Of a stretch of 64,000 nt of DNA, positions 30,711-43,216 are shown in pieces. The notes below the pieces were generated by a model. The model did not search any database. It was not told the origin of the DNA and saw nothing but the letters and a program-made list of their open reading frames with translations. The stretch is from positions 248,001-312,000 of the forward strand of contig PPNB01000005.1 of NCBI GenBank assembly GCA_003707115.1, in the 5' to 3' direction. Position 1 is the first letter of the stretch. Each line of letters starts with the position of its first letter. The position numbers and the translations under genes are program-made. This DNA is from Tortispora ganteri (lineage: Eukaryota).

Positions 30711-31586
30711 ATGAGCAACTGGGACGACGAAGAGTTCGATATCGATAGTGGCCACACTGCGGCGGCGGCCACATCGGCGGCCGCATCAGCTTGGGACGAC
30801 GAGGAAGAGCTTGGCGAAGATGTCGCTGAAAGCTGGGAGGCATTGGAAGATGAAGAAGAAAAAGCGGCTAAAGAAGCGGCGAAAAACGCCGTTAAGAACG
30901 CTGAACCGAAATTGACGCCCGCTGAGCGCGCGGAACTACGTAAAGCAGAACGCGCTAAAGCCGAAGAGGAAGCCAGGATCGCAGCTGAAATGGCCGCTGC
31001 AGAAGCTAAAGAAGATGCAGAAACGAAGCGACAACGACTAAAGAATGCGCAGATAGAGGCAGATATTGCCAATGCGGAAACACTACTTGGAGCCGTTTCT
31101 GTGTCTGCTGAAGAGAAACCCAAGCCGAAACCAAAAGTAGTGAAGCTGGGTGCTAAAGGCATATCGATCGGTGGCAGCAGCAAGCCGGTGGCATCTAAGC
31201 CAAAATCTGAAACGTCTACTGCTGAGCAGAAGCCATTGCAAGATCAGCCATTGTTTAACCCTAAAACGAAAGACGGATTTGATGAACTACGTAAAGCGTT
31301 ATCTGCACAGCTAAAAGAACTTTCGAAATACAGCTATTACGCGCCGTTTGTACCTCAATTGACGACAGAACTCTTAGAACCTCTTAGCGGTGATCAAACC
31401 AGGAAACTGGCGCAAAACCTTATAGCATTGTCTAATGAGAAAATTCGCAACGAGAAACTTGAAGCTAACAAGGCTAAACAAGCAAAGAAACGACCTAACC
31501 TCGGTGGAGCGTCTGCCAAGTTGAACGACGATCGAGATTTGACCGACTACGGGAACTCTCCGTTTGACGAGGATGATTTCATGTGA
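30711..31586 (+). CDS. HCR1: Translation initiation factor eIF3 subunit j
   Basis: Acidic WDDEE motifs, ESWE, EADIANAETLLG, LFNPKTK..FDEL, L.NEK, C-terminal DDDFM-type end. Confidence 0.93.
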   Translation: MSNWDDEEFDIDSGHTAAAATSAAASAWDDEEELGEDVAESWEALEDEEEKAAKEAAKNAVKNAEPKLTPAERAELRKAERAKAEEEARIAAEMAAAEAKEDAETKRQRLKNAQIEADIANAETLLGAVSVSAEEKPKPKPKVVKLGAKGISIGGSSKPVASKPKSETSTAEQKPLQDQPLFNPKTKDGFDELRKALSAQLKELSKYSYYAPFVPQLTTELLEPLSGDQTRKLAQNLIALSNEKIRNEKLEANKAKQAKKRPNLGGASAKLNDDRDLTDYGNSPFDEDDFM

Positions 31587-31715
31587 TTTTCTATCTTATA
31601 TCGAAAGTGTTTATGTCATAAAAAATAACTGAAAGTACTATAAGTAATGCTATGAACGCGTGGTAGTTGTGTAAAGTGTGTTTTCAGTTAATGCTGATCC
31701 AGCAGCATGTGCGGG

Positions 31716-32366
31716 TTAGAAACTACGCGTTTCGACAGGCGAAGTAGCTAATGAATTTGCCAACGAGTCGACTTGTGCCATGTCCAGCATGCCAGTCGAT
31801 GTCGTGGAGTCGCTGTTTTGTCTAATAAGTCTCTGAATGTAGTCGTCTTCGACCATCTGATTATCACTAAGATCGTCCTCACTAAAGAACTCATTGCGTG
31901 ATCGCAGTGTTCCGGTACCACTCGATTTTGTGGATGCTCTAGACCTGCCTGTGCGGCCAAATAGACGAAAAAAAGTGGTCTGCCAGCCGCCGGCAGAAGG
32001 ACGGTGTCGGTATATGGAGTCGCCGCGCAAAAGGGCAGTCTCCTCGTCGGCCTCTGGACCGTCAGAAAATTCATAGACAGACGGATCAGGATCAGCAGCA
32101 TAAAAATCAAAAATCGCCGTCGACTCATTGGCGCGTAACGGGCCAATTGGTTCGCCATTTACATCTATTTCTGCGGCATTGCGCCGTCGTAGTCTACTGG
32201 CGATCGATCGCCTGATCGCTCTTGCCCATCGCCGCAGGAAGTCCCATATCCTTATAAACGCCTCCTTAATAGATGACAGTATTGTCAGACCGCGTCCAGC
32301 TGCCGATTCGAGGTGCTCAGTGGCGACTTCGAGGGCGTCGTGGAGCCGTTCAGAGTTTGTCTGCAT
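31716..32366 (-). CDS. Hypothetical protein
   Basis: About 216-aa ORF with basic amphipathic stretch, EETALL dileucine-like motif, TLRSRNEFFSEDD; family not recognised. Confidence 0.6.
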   Translation of the reverse strand: MQTNSERLHDALEVATEHLESAAGRGLTILSSIKEAFIRIWDFLRRWARAIRRSIASRLRRRNAAEIDVNGEPIGPLRANESTAIFDFYAADPDPSVYEFSDGPEADEETALLRGDSIYRHRPSAGGWQTTFFRLFGRTGRSRASTKSSGTGTLRSRNEFFSEDDLSDNQMVEDDYIQRLIRQNSDSTTSTGMLDMAQVDSLANSLATSPVETRSF

Positions 32367-32399
32367 GTTCACGTGGGGTGTCTAGTCTAGTGTAGTTTT

Positions 32400-32450
32400 G
32401 GGGGTGTTTGGGTGAGGATGTCTGGGTGGGGGTGTCTGGGTGGGGGTGGG
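32400..32450 (+). repeat. G-tract array / TGTCTGGGTGGGGG duplication (G-quadruplex motif)
   Basis: Seven tracts of at least 3 G within about 50 nt in the intergenic spacer. Confidence 0.7.
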
Positions 32451-32486
32451 CCATTACACCAAACGCAGAGAAACGGTTCATGAATG

Positions 32487-33353
32487 TCATTGTTGTGCCA
32501 TATGAATCCCCCACACAATTTTTGAGTCATCAAGGACAAGAGATCTGCGGCTAATATCTTGGAGACGGCGCATCGCAAATCTCGGAGACAGCTGGTTGTC
32601 GTTGGCCACAAGCCGTCCAGGAGATATTGTACCTTTAAACTTCGTCAGGGCATCGAACCGCGACCCGCTGATATCCATAAGCCCCGCGCCGCGCGTACGC
32701 ATCACCGCACAATATGGGCTCGCAAGATCAATATCCGGATGAGTCTGCCGCTGCTCCAGCTGTGCAATCTTCTCGTTCAGTACCGCGAACTCCTCCAGTG
32801 GGATCGGCGCATGCGCTCGGGTCTGCGCCTTATGCAGCCATGCCTTAAGCTGATTCCTGATTCGGCACTCAGGCACGAGCTCCTGTTCTCCAGGTATTCG
32901 TGCCTTTCCCGCTCGCATGTGTTGAACTCCCCGGATGTTGTACGTGTAGTCTATGTACGGGTTCAATTTCTCTCGGTGTGCAGTGAACACAGTTTGACCG
33001 ATCCTTGACAAGTACGGCCGCCCATCTTCACCCGTGTAGTCTTTGTGACCAATCGCCCCCTTTTCTAATACAAGATCATGTAGCATCCGCCGTCTCCGTG
33101 GACCTTTTATCGCATATGCGCATTCCAGCGTATATCTCAAACGAGCAACGTCGCCAGCATTTGCTCGTGTCAAACTTCGCAGATGGCGGTACCCTTGTTG
33201 CCGGTAATATGCCTGTCTATGGGGCTCTATTGCCATTCGCGCCGCCCACTTCCGCGCCGTATATCGTATACGTTCTATCCAGAACCGCGAAGCGTGCTTG
33301 TCAAATAGCGCTCGCGCTTGTATCAAACAATGACGGTATATTGCAGTGTCCAT
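32487..33353 (-). CDS. LYR-motif-like, probably mitochondrial protein
   Basis: IYRHCLIQARALFD start and L.RANAG...L...AY..KGPRRR resemble the fungal LYR/Cup1-like family; very basic; start chosen at MDTAIY. Confidence 0.55.
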   Translation of the reverse strand: MDTAIYRHCLIQARALFDKHASRFWIERIRYTARKWAARMAIEPHRQAYYRQQGYRHLRSLTRANAGDVARLRYTLECAYAIKGPRRRRMLHDLVLEKGAIGHKDYTGEDGRPYLSRIGQTVFTAHREKLNPYIDYTYNIRGVQHMRAGKARIPGEQELVPECRIRNQLKAWLHKAQTRAHAPIPLEEFAVLNEKIAQLEQRQTHPDIDLASPYCAVMRTRGAGLMDISGSRFDALTKFKGTISPGRLVANDNQLSPRFAMRRLQDISRRSLVLDDSKIVWGIHMAQQ

Positions 33354-33566
33354 GTCGTTTGTTAAGATCGCCAAAACTTCGTTGCTGTGAACCTTAATTG
33401 AAATAAAGTTCATTGATATCAATCGCAGAGTCTACAACAGAGAATCCAAGGACCACTAAGACCGGTTATACATCTACAAATACTTACTTGTCTTATAACA
33501 GTTTTGTCCTATAAATGTCATTGTGCCGCTGTTAGGTTCATAGAGGCAATTTTGACGCATTTGTAA

Positions 33567-34502
<936 letters not shown>

Positions 34503-34591
34503 ACTAATATCAGAGTTACTTATACGATAAAAGAAAAAAAAAACAATAATATTGACATCATTATTGACTCGTCACATCTTTAAAGACACAT

Positions 34592-35782
34592 TCAACGTCC
34601 CGCTGTAGACTGTCTTAAAACAGACAAAATGTTTCGCAAAGATACGCTCCAATCGTCTAGTTTAGAGGCAACTTCCTGCCAATGCTCTTGTTTGAACTGA
34701 TGCAATGAAGGTCTAAAGACCTTGAACGACGAAGTTGCTTGACTCAGTCTGCCATTAACGAGATCTAGGCGAATTGCGTCGATCACGTACACTTCAACTT
34801 CGTCCTCAGATACGTCGAGGGCCTTAGCAAGGACACCGTAGGGTACAGCCTCATTCTTAGCGAAGTGTTGGCTCGCAATATTTGCAAGCACAAACAGCTG
34901 CAGTTTCCTGACAAGCAGATCTTCAGGCAGTTTGGCTTCCTTTGCCAGAGACCGTATAGAGTCCTGCGCTGATTTGCCTTCAGGGGCATCAAGGAACAGC
35001 TTGAGGACCTGGGACTCGGGGGCAGTGCCACTATTCAGGACTTGTTGTGTAGAGTCAAGAGCTAGTAAATCATCGTAGTCAAATTGAGAAGGAAGTTGTA
35101 TGCCGCGACGCAAAGCGACGGTGGCGGCGTCGGTTGACTGAGAAGCAACTTTCAGATTTAGTTTATAGGCAGCTTTCAGGTCTGCGGGGGCAATAATATC
35201 TGCGAGCTTCATGTAGAATTCAGTCTCATCAGCGACATTCCAAACTTTTACCCAAACGTCTACTTGGCCGAGCTGCAAAGCGAGAGCATCGTAATGTCCT
35301 TTCTCCACAGCCATAGTCGCGATCGTGAAAAATACTTGCTGGATCAGCAGTTTCGTCTTATCGCTGGCTTCTCCCGTCAGCACGTTCAGTTCGCTAAAAA
35401 TAAGGTTGAACATCTTCGATAAAACACTCAGAACAGCAGGTACAGAGACAGTACTGCCAGGAGGAGGTTTTGACAAGATCGAGAGAATGTTGGGCAACAT
35501 TTCATCGAGGACCAACGAAGAATCGGCTTTTATCTGCTGGAAGATGGTGAGAACAAGAAAATTAAAAGCCGATTCAAATTCAGAATCCGGTTTCAATCTA
35601 AGGAACTTGTCTGCGTGTGCAGCAAGCTCTTTGACTCCTTCTAACACGCTTTGTTCAGCTTTGGTGCTCACAGACTCAGAAATCTCTGTATCAGTCAAAG
35701 AGTCAATAATTGACGCTATATCGACCAACGTTCCAGCAGTATCAGACGCAAGCGTCTCGTGTCCTTGCTGATACAAATCCAT
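34592..35782 (-). CDS. Translation initiation factor eIF3 subunit m (PCI domain)
   Basis: EFESAFNFL, FDYDDLLAL, RKLQLFVLA, PYG.LAKALDV...EVEVYVIDAIR..LV.GRLSQ, F..EHW..V..KLD.W. Confidence 0.85.
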   Translation of the reverse strand: MDLYQQGHETLASDTAGTLVDIASIIDSLTDTEISESVSTKAEQSVLEGVKELAAHADKFLRLKPDSEFESAFNFLVLTIFQQIKADSSLVLDEMLPNILSILSKPPPGSTVSVPAVLSVLSKMFNLIFSELNVLTGEASDKTKLLIQQVFFTIATMAVEKGHYDALALQLGQVDVWVKVWNVADETEFYMKLADIIAPADLKAAYKLNLKVASQSTDAATVALRRGIQLPSQFDYDDLLALDSTQQVLNSGTAPESQVLKLFLDAPEGKSAQDSIRSLAKEAKLPEDLLVRKLQLFVLANIASQHFAKNEAVPYGVLAKALDVSEDEVEVYVIDAIRLDLVNGRLSQATSSFKVFRPSLHQFKQEHWQEVASKLDDWSVSLRNILSVLRQSTAGR

Positions 35783-36084
35783 CTCCTATATAAAAATATT
35801 AATCTAATGTGCTAATGAGAAAAGGTGTCTCGTAGCAGGTTTTCAAGTATCGACATGGGTTATCCGTATAAAAACTATTTTCTGTTAGATTTCGTTGCTA
35901 TGACAACATCACTCTCTTCTGTTTGTCTTTCTCGCGCCAAATAACACCCACCCACCTTCGCTGCGAAAGCTGAACGCTTGACTTATTTTGACCGCGCGGT
36001 CCGCATAAGCAATAGCTGCGTGTGCTGTTTTTGTCGCTGTGCTCACGTGACGCGTATTTATTGCTTCACTGTTGACTTTGCGCG

Positions 36085-38877
36085 ATGGAGAACGATTACA
36101 AGCCGCGAGATTCTTACCAGATCTTGCACGATCCCGAAATACAAGGACCGGGCCCAGATGGGTCAAAACGACCTGTATACAGGTTCAACGGCGGGTCTAG
36201 TCCGGCCCCACCTACGGATCCGCGTCTCAAAATACCGAATTACATGCCTGGTGTACCTTTTCTCTCGAAGAAACTTGCATTCAAGCTTCCAGTGCCGCAA
36301 TACAACTTTGATCCGCAGCTTTCGATCGGCGAGGCCCCCACCCGCGCCGTAGTTGTCCAAGGTCTCTCTGAATTGACCACTATGGGCACCGTGTCGCGTC
36401 ATTACTCTACATTTGGCCCAATAGACCAAATACATATGGAACTACATCCGGAGACAGGAACGTTCCTCGGCATATGTCGCATAGAGTTTAGAGATACCCC
36501 AGTTGGACGCGGATCTGAATACGCCAAAGCTGCCGTCGAACGTGCAAATGAAATACAAATTGACTACCATCATCCAACGGTTGCTTTTGATCCAACAGGA
36601 ACCCGAAGCAAACGGCTAGCCACTCAATTACTTGAAAAAAGGGCCGCCGAAGCTAAAGCCTCCCTGAACAGCAAGAACGGCAGCTCAAAAATTCATGATG
36701 ATCATGATAATGATAACGAAACGAGGCATAATGATTATTCAAATACTGCTCCTCTTCCAAATGCACCCTATAACTTAAAACGAAAAATTGGACAAAGCGC
36801 GTTTTTATTTGTCTCGCATCTAGACGTTCCACCGGAGAGTGTGCATTTGTCCGAAGTGCGTCGTTTCTTCCGAAAAACTGACGCTGTAGCTTACAGAGTT
36901 GACCCTAAATCTGGATATTATGTTATATACCGCAATCGTGATACCGCACGAAGAGCTTATGAACGCAATAAAGTCTGCCACATATCAGGATATAGAGCTG
37001 ATCTTGATTTTTACCCGTTTGGTTTCCCCACATCTGAGACTGCTGACGATAGAAACTATATGGACAACTCTGAATCAAATGGTGTCATTTCCAATGGATA
37101 TGGACACCACGATTCGCATATCTCGTATCCGCCAGCTCCAAACTCGGCTGCTCCTCCTGCCCCTATGCAGTTGTCTCAATTCCAAGTCCGACCACACAGA
37201 TCGCTTGACCCTGTTCGAGATATAACGCAAGACTTGCGAAAACGACTACGCACTGAGCTCAAAGAACGATGGGTAGCTCAGCAGATCTACCGCACTGTTA
37301 AAAGACTCCAAATGGAACGGAAGAGCCAGGCTTCTTCTGATAGCCTTGTGGCTCATACGGCCGCTTCTCCTGCCCTTAACGGTTTATCTAATGGCGATAG
37401 GCCTGAGACTCCGACAGCTATGGATTCGATTGTACGCCTTCCTTCACTTCCGAGCTTTCGCAAAAAAGTTACTGAGAAACGGCGACGCAAACTTCGCCCT
37501 GCGAATTTGGATGAATTAGCCGATCAGTCAGAAGATGACGATTCAGCTACCGATATAGAAACAGATAAAGAATTACCAGTTAAAAGAATCAAGGAAGAGC
37601 CAGAATTAAAAACTCGTTCTGGCTCTCTTATTGATTTCTCGAGCAGCGACGAAGGTACTGATGAGGAATTACCTCCTAACACTCAAATGATAGATGCTGA
37701 AGACGAGAAGATATCTTATGTTGGTCATGAAGCATGGGAACCACGGCCTGAAATAAGCATTGTCGGACCAGATGATGATCTGGACCTGGAAAAAGATTTG
37801 GATGGTCTGCAGACGTACGTTCGGGACACCGAAGATTACGATTTCTTGCGACGTGTAATTTCCGAAATTAATGAAAAGAAAGGACGCAGTTACAAGCTCG
37901 AGACCGCTGGTGATATTGCTTCCCTGTCATGGCTCATGAAAGACGAAAAGGCTCGAATGCATTTACCCCCGGGTGGCATTAGAGGCGAGCGACTGACTGA
38001 TGATGTGAAGGATCAGTCCTATTTTGTCGGAGCTACTGTGAAAAGTCAGAAACCGGCCTACATTAATCACAGTAAAGGATGTGCCAAAGCGCAGGGCTTC
38101 TATGCCGTATCAGATCTTGAGAAGTCAGAATATTTACCGCATAAACGAAGACGAAACGGGCGATTTGCCGGTAGTAATCTTGTTATGCACGGTACTGAGA
38201 ACAATGGAATCGATATGGATAATGGTTCATCTATGCTTCCTCCGGAGCAGGTCATGATGGAGCGAAGCGCAAGTGCCGATGTGCGGGAAAAGAAAGAGAC
38301 TAACGGAGAAGATAAAGATGATTACCTGATGGTCTCTAGGACCGAGAGAGCTGCTAATCGGAAGTACGCAGCCGATATTAATGCTCAGAAGTCATTAGCA
38401 CCAGAAAGCGATATACTGAAATACAATCAGCTACTTATGAGGAAAAAGAAAGTGCGGTTTGCACGGTCTGCTATTCATAATTGGGGTTTGTATGCGATGG
38501 AGCCAATCAGCATGAACGAAATGATTATTGAATACGTTGGGGAGATGATTCGACAGCAGGTAGCAGATTTCCGCGAGATCAGGTATGTGAAATCCGGAAT
38601 TGGATCAAGCTATTTGTTTAGGATAGATGAGAGTACGGTTATTGACGCTACGAAACGTGGTGGTATAGCTAGGTTTATTAACCACTGCTGCACTCCTAAC
38701 TGCACAGCAAAGATCATTAAAGTCGGGAAGGAGAAGAGGATTGTTATTTATGCATTGACGGACATTGCAGCTAATGAAGAGCTGACGTATGATTACAAGT
38801 TTGAGCGAGAACTAAATTCGGACGAGCGCATACCGTGTCTTTGTGGATCTAAAGGTTGCAAAGGGTATCTCAATTAG
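36085..38877 (+). CDS. SET1: Histone H3K4 methyltransferase Set1
   Basis: RRM, n-SET (GCAKAQGF), SET ([13 protein letters not shown]...[11 protein letters not shown]), post-SET CLCGS.GCKGYLN. Confidence 0.98.
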   Translation: MENDYKPRDSYQILHDPEIQGPGPDGSKRPVYRFNGGSSPAPPTDPRLKIPNYMPGVPFLSKKLAFKLPVPQYNFDPQLSIGEAPTRAVVVQGLSELTTMGTVSRHYSTFGPIDQIHMELHPETGTFLGICRIEFRDTPVGRGSEYAKAAVERANEIQIDYHHPTVAFDPTGTRSKRLATQLLEKRAAEAKASLNSKNGSSKIHDDHDNDNETRHNDYSNTAPLPNAPYNLKRKIGQSAFLFVSHLDVPPESVHLSEVRRFFRKTDAVAYRVDPKSGYYVIYRNRDTARRAYERNKVCHISGYRADLDFYPFGFPTSETADDRNYMDNSESNGVISNGYGHHDSHISYPPAPNSAAPPAPMQLSQFQVRPHRSLDPVRDITQDLRKRLRTELKERWVAQQIYRTVKRLQMERKSQASSDSLVAHTAASPALNGLSNGDRPETPTAMDSIVRLPSLPSFRKKVTEKRRRKLRPANLDELADQSEDDDSATDIETDKELPVKRIKEEPELKTRSGSLIDFSSSDEGTDEELPPNTQMIDAEDEKISYVGHEAWEPRPEISIVGPDDDLDLEKDLDGLQTYVRDTEDYDFLRRVISEINEKKGRSYKLETAGDIASLSWLMKDEKARMHLPPGGIRGERLTDDVKDQSYFVGATVKSQKPAYINHSKGCAKAQGFYAVSDLEKSEYLPHKRRRNGRFAGSNLVMHGTENNGIDMDNGSSMLPPEQVMMERSASADVREKKETNGEDKDDYLMVSRTERAANRKYAADINAQKSLAPESDILKYNQLLMRKKKVRFARSAIHNWGLYAMEPISMNEMIIEYVGEMIRQQVADFREIRYVKSGIGSSYLFRIDESTVIDATKRGGIARFINHCCTPNCTAKIIKVGKEKRIVIYALTDIAANEELTYDYKFERELNSDERIPCLCGSKGCKGYLN

Positions 38878-38950
38878 GCTTAGAGTTGGAGAGTGAAAAG
38901 TTGATCTCATTCTTTGAAGCTTGATTATTTCGTTCATAATTGTATATATG

Positions 38951-39322
38951 TTACACGAGATGTGGCGGCAACAGAAAACTGGCGATGCCGTCTTTCACGT
39001 GGTATATGTGAGAGCATCGCGGACAAACGAGTTCACCTTCTTGTATAGTAGTTTCTATTAGTATCGAATGTAACTCTTTGAGGAGTTCTTGATTCTGTTC
39101 AACCTGCTCTTTTGTGAATGACAGCGGCCTCCCAAGCTGGTTCAATGAGGTTTCTAGTCCATGCCAATCGATTTTGGTGAGAATGTTGGCCATAAAATCT
39201 GGGTCGAGATCGGTCTCTTGCGCGGCAAGCTGTACGTTTTGAGGCGTAAGCGGGAACGCGTCCTGTCGACCAGCACAATCGCGTGCTGCGCACTGTACGA
39301 AATTGAGTGTCAGCAATTTCAT
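38951..39322 (-). CDS. TRM112: Methyltransferase activator Trm112
   Basis: MKLLTLNFVQCA...AFPL, LH.ILIE..IQEGELVCPRC.H.Y.VKDGI..FLLPPHLV. Confidence 0.95.
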   Translation of the reverse strand: MKLLTLNFVQCAARDCAGRQDAFPLTPQNVQLAAQETDLDPDFMANILTKIDWHGLETSLNQLGRPLSFTKEQVEQNQELLKELHSILIETTIQEGELVCPRCSHIYHVKDGIASFLLPPHLV

Positions 39323-39534
39323 TAGGTAGATCAAAAGTAAAATGAGAAAAAAAGCTGGCCGGATATTTGGATCTTTTTGGTATTTTTTTTTTCTTATAGT
39401 GCAATGAATGTTGGGTTAAATGTTGAGGGTTAGGGTACTGATATTTCGACTTTGCAGTGGCCAAGGCAGGCGGAAGGACCTGTTAGGACTTGGAGACCGG
39501 CAGATACACAGCCAGCGCGATAAACAAGAGGCAG

Positions 39535-40311
39535 ATGACGGACACACCATCAAGAAGCACTAGCTATGTGCAACTGAATCGTGGAGCGCTTTTTTCGGTG
39601 TTTGGATCGCAAGTGGGGCTGTCTGACATGGACGTGCCTACGCCTGTACGACGATCATCAGATGAAGGTACGAAGCCTAGGAACGTTGTAGTGAAGGCAA
39701 AGATGAGTTTTAACGAGAGTATTAAAGACATTATGGACAAGAAGTATGTTTTATTACGGATGTGTTCACTATGCATGACTGGAGTACTGACTGCGTATGT
39801 GCTAAATCACTTTCAAGACAATAACGTATTCTCAGGACTCGACCTGGAGTTTAGTGTAGGCAGCGCAAGAGGCGTTATAGCATGGTGTGTTGTCGGTCTA
39901 TCTATTGGACTTCTATATGCTATTGTTGACCGATTAGTGCCGCGCGGAACTGTGCCTGAACGAGATGTGGCGACGCCCGTAGAAGGGCTGCTAAGCACGG
40001 CGCGCCTAACGTGTGCGCTTCTAGGTGTAGCATTTGGCATCAGACGGCTGAACTGGACAAGCATTAAACAGGAGGCATTGACATTTGTATTGGGTAATCC
40101 TGCTATATGGTATGCGATAGATGGATCGATGAATGGATTTTTCATTTCAGCTATAATTTCGGTGACAATGGGTGCGCTGTACTATGTTTTCTACAGCGGT
40201 CTTCTGCCGTTTGAATGCTGGGACAGGTTTGCAATGATTACGTCAATATCTAGTCTTACGTTCTGCGTGTGCATATGCCTGGGCTCTTTTGGTCGGCGGG
40301 TGTTTTCCTAG
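39535..40311 (+). CDS. INSIG-family sterol-sensing-domain regulator (Nsg1/2-like)
   Basis: SYVQLN..ALFSVFG, LGVAFGIRRLNW.S..Q, NPAIWYAIDGS..GF, ICLGSFGR; about 6 TMs. Confidence 0.85.
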   Translation: MTDTPSRSTSYVQLNRGALFSVFGSQVGLSDMDVPTPVRRSSDEGTKPRNVVVKAKMSFNESIKDIMDKKYVLLRMCSLCMTGVLTAYVLNHFQDNNVFSGLDLEFSVGSARGVIAWCVVGLSIGLLYAIVDRLVPRGTVPERDVATPVEGLLSTARLTCALLGVAFGIRRLNWTSIKQEALTFVLGNPAIWYAIDGSMNGFFISAIISVTMGALYYVFYSGLLPFECWDRFAMITSISSLTFCVCICLGSFGRRVFS

Positions 40312-40327
40312 TGACATATACATGTAT

Positions 40328-40687
40328 CTAATCTTCTTTATCAGCGGATTTGGACTTAGTGGCCGAACTGAGGAGGTTCGAAACACCATGATAATTGACG
40401 TACCTTACGCCCTGAACCAGTTGTGAGCATTCATTGACAAAGTGACATGCAAATAAAAGATAATTCTTAGGCGTGACGGCGAGAGAGTATCGCATGAATA
40501 CCAACGAGTAGATAATAAGCGAGCCCGTCATTGGGCCGGAGATTAGTTTGGCGTCTTTCTGTGTATCCATGATCGCGGCCAGAGGAATACCGAAGTTGGA
40601 GACCGGGCCCCAGAAGTGTGTCGAGCACACATATCGCAAAAAGTCCTTGGAGAATAGGAACTTCGTGAATTTATTGCCTGAAGACAT
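40328..40687 (-). CDS. MPC1: Mitochondrial pyruvate carrier 1
   Basis: CSTHFWGPVSNFGIPLAA, ISGPMT, FMRYSLAVTPKNYLLFACH. Confidence 0.97.
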   Translation of the reverse strand: MSSGNKFTKFLFSKDFLRYVCSTHFWGPVSNFGIPLAAIMDTQKDAKLISGPMTGSLIIYSLVFMRYSLAVTPKNYLLFACHFVNECSQLVQGVRYVNYHGVSNLLSSATKSKSADKED

Positions 40688-40877
40688 TGGTTTATTGTGC
40701 GGTAAGAGCAAGCGCGTGGGGTAAAAATTTCTGAGCGGCTGGGCAACGTCCGGTTACTGGTTGTAAAGTACAGTTTTGTTGAAATGGATAAGATATATTA
40801 GGGTTCAGGGGATGACCTAACAAACTCAAATCGGCCATATACTACTCTCTAATTGGTTTGCTATACATGCATGCGAG

Positions 40878-42518
40878 CTATCTATTGAGGAGGAGACTGC
40901 GGAAAAAGTGCACGGTACCGTGGTATTTAAGCGCAAATGCAAGCGATACGAGAATGACAACTGTGTGGTAGACGGTCTTGGGCACTACATAGCGGAACAA
41001 GCGATAGATCGCATGAAGACGCCAGAACTTGTGTTCGCCCTTGAGATCGTAGTCTTGGTAATGCGGCCACAGCAGATGCATCCAATAGTCGCTAGCTAGT
41101 CCTGGGTATGATGCGGTATTACGTCCGAATTCGTTCAGGTACCAGTTTGAGCATCCCGCTGACCATACTGTCCCTTTCAATTTCAACTGCACGTCGAGCG
41201 CGTCTGCATCTTCAGCAGCCTGTTTAACGTCTACGATATTCGCGCGTCCACTGGCAACGGCCTCGACGATTGTCTTGCATGCGTATTCGACTTGCACTTC
41301 GGCTGTATAGATGACTGAATTGTGCGCAGGGAACGAGTTTGGCCCGAAAATGATAGCAAAGTTAGGGAACCCATGTACAGTAGTACCGCCATATGCGTGT
41401 GCGCCGCGTGTCTCTTTCCAATGATCTGCTAGCTCCTTGCCTCCGACGCCGTAAAATCTGATTGGTACCAGAAATTCCTGTACCTTGAATCCAGTAGCCA
41501 TCACGACAACGTCGAAATCTTCCTGGCGGCCACTTGGAGTGACGAGCGTTGACCCGTCAATATGATCCACAGCTTCCCATACTAGGTCTACATTTGGTCT
41601 GTGCAAGGCCTTTAAGTAACCTGGGTCAAATACGCGGCGTTTGCAGCCAAGCGGGAAATCAGGTATCAGTACGTCGTGGTACTTTTTTGGGGCTGTGGCG
41701 CGGATATACGCTTTGGCGTTCTCTTCGGCCTGTTCTCTGATCCGCTCGGAGTAGTCGCTGTCAAGGTACGAATAGTACAAGTTATCAGCGCTGTTGAATA
41801 TCTTGTAGCGCAAATACCGCATGGCAAATGGCACATTGCGGAAGACCCACTTTTGAAACGCAGAATACGGATGGTTTGGACGCTCATGATACCACTGGCC
41901 GGATCTGGCGAAGTGAGTAACGTGTGCTGCTTTTTCTGCGATTCTTGGTACAGTTTGCGAACCAGAACAGCCGTTTCCTACCACTGCTACCCTCTTGCCG
42001 GTGAGATCTGCTCTATCGTCCCATCTTGCAGTGTGGAACAGTGGCCCGGGGAAGGTTTGGTGACCTGGAGTGACAATATCTTTCGGTGTAGCGATTGCAC
42101 CGACGCAGGAAAACAATATTTGCGAGGACCTTGTGAATCGTACACCTGTATTGAGGTCAATGAGATTAACATCCCATTGATTAGTTGTTTCATTCCAGCT
42201 GGCGCTCTCAACCTCGATTTTTGTGTGAATGTACTTTCGAAGGCCAAACTTATCGACCGTGTCATTAATATACTGCAGGATTTCGTCGCGCTCGCACAGC
42301 TCTTTGGACCAGTTTGGATTTAAGTTGAACGAGAAGGAGTACAGGTGCGACATGACATCGCAGCCGCAGCCGGGGTATTTGTTCAGACTCCAGGTGCCGC
42401 CGACATCGGCCTTTTCGAATATGGTGAAGTTCGATACGCCATGTCGATGAAGCAGATTATAACCAGCAGCGATACCGCTTGGTCCAGCACCAATAATAAT
42501 AACTGATGGGCCTGACAT
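40878..42518 (-). CDS. Type I Baeyer-Villiger (flavin-binding) monooxygenase with C-terminal hydrophobic segment
   Basis: GAGPSG and GNGCSG Rossmann motifs; BVMO fingerprints GGTWSLNKYPGCGCD and FPGPLFHTARWD; GCKRR; ATGF. Confidence 0.93.
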   Translation of the reverse strand: MSGPSVIIIGAGPSGIAAGYNLLHRHGVSNFTIFEKADVGGTWSLNKYPGCGCDVMSHLYSFSFNLNPNWSKELCERDEILQYINDTVDKFGLRKYIHTKIEVESASWNETTNQWDVNLIDLNTGVRFTRSSQILFSCVGAIATPKDIVTPGHQTFPGPLFHTARWDDRADLTGKRVAVVGNGCSGSQTVPRIAEKAAHVTHFARSGQWYHERPNHPYSAFQKWVFRNVPFAMRYLRYKIFNSADNLYYSYLDSDYSERIREQAEENAKAYIRATAPKKYHDVLIPDFPLGCKRRVFDPGYLKALHRPNVDLVWEAVDHIDGSTLVTPSGRQEDFDVVVMATGFKVQEFLVPIRFYGVGGKELADHWKETRGAHAYGGTTVHGFPNFAIIFGPNSFPAHNSVIYTAEVQVEYACKTIVEAVASGRANIVDVKQAAEDADALDVQLKLKGTVWSAGCSNWYLNEFGRNTASYPGLASDYWMHLLWPHYQDYDLKGEHKFWRLHAIYRLFRYVVPKTVYHTVVILVSLAFALKYHGTVHFFRSLLLNR

Positions 42519-42553
42519 ATTTAGATTGTGTCTAGTTTTCTTAGTCGGACGCT

Positions 42554-42571
42554 TATATATATATATATATA
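42554..42571. repeat. (TA)n microsatellite / TATA region of the BVMO gene
   Basis: tatatatatatatatata about 35-50 nt upstream of the BVMO ATG. Confidence 0.7.
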
Positions 42572-42578
42572 ATCTCTC

Positions 42579-42743
42579 CGGGTACCATCACCCGAGATCG
42601 ATCGCTCCCATTTCGGCGGAAGACATCCGATATCCACAACACTACTGTAGCAATTCCAGTGTAGTTTTGCCAGACTACAATATTATTAATATAATATACT
42701 GTATATTATTTTTACAATTGTAATTAGCGGCTATTGTGTGCCG
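42579..42743. promoter_or_regulatory. Three CGG-N10-CCG Zn2Cys6-type sites upstream of the BVMO gene
   Basis: 42579-42594 CGGgtaccatcacCCG; 42614-42629 CGGcggaagacatCCG; 42728-42743 CGGctattgtgtgCCG. Confidence 0.7.
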
Positions 42744-43216
42744 TTCGGCGCATGCCGATGTGTGGGGAAGACAGAGCTATTTTGGGAATTACCCCGGATT
42801 TTCTCTAAACATGTATGAATATATGGGATATCAAATAATTGCAGTAAGTAATCAGTTATATGATTTTCAAAATTACATTTCTGTAATATTAAGTGTTAAC
42901 TGTCGAACTGTTATTTGTGAAATCAGTATAATTTACTCTCTAGGGCCAGTACATGTCTTAATATAATCAAAGCGGTCGATGAAAAAGAGCAGTCCTTTAT
43001 CTGATACCGACAATTGAATATAAGACATTCATAATTTTAAAATACAACCCAAATAAATATAATCCAATAACTATGAAATGATTTATATTAAATAATAGGC
43101 GAGCTAACTACGAATACGTTGCAGCACTATAGATCGACACAAAAGTCTAATCTCAAAATAGAGTTTAATACCTCGCTGGATATTTCTTGCAGTATATAAA
43201 TAACAATTACTTTTTT

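Noticed and set aside
41676..42323. 215-aa ORF antisense to the BVMO (also 30593-31183 antisense to HCR1 and 54948-55511 antisense to APC4)
   Set aside because: Shadow ORFs fully or largely overlapping well-supported genes on the opposite strand, with no recognisable motifs
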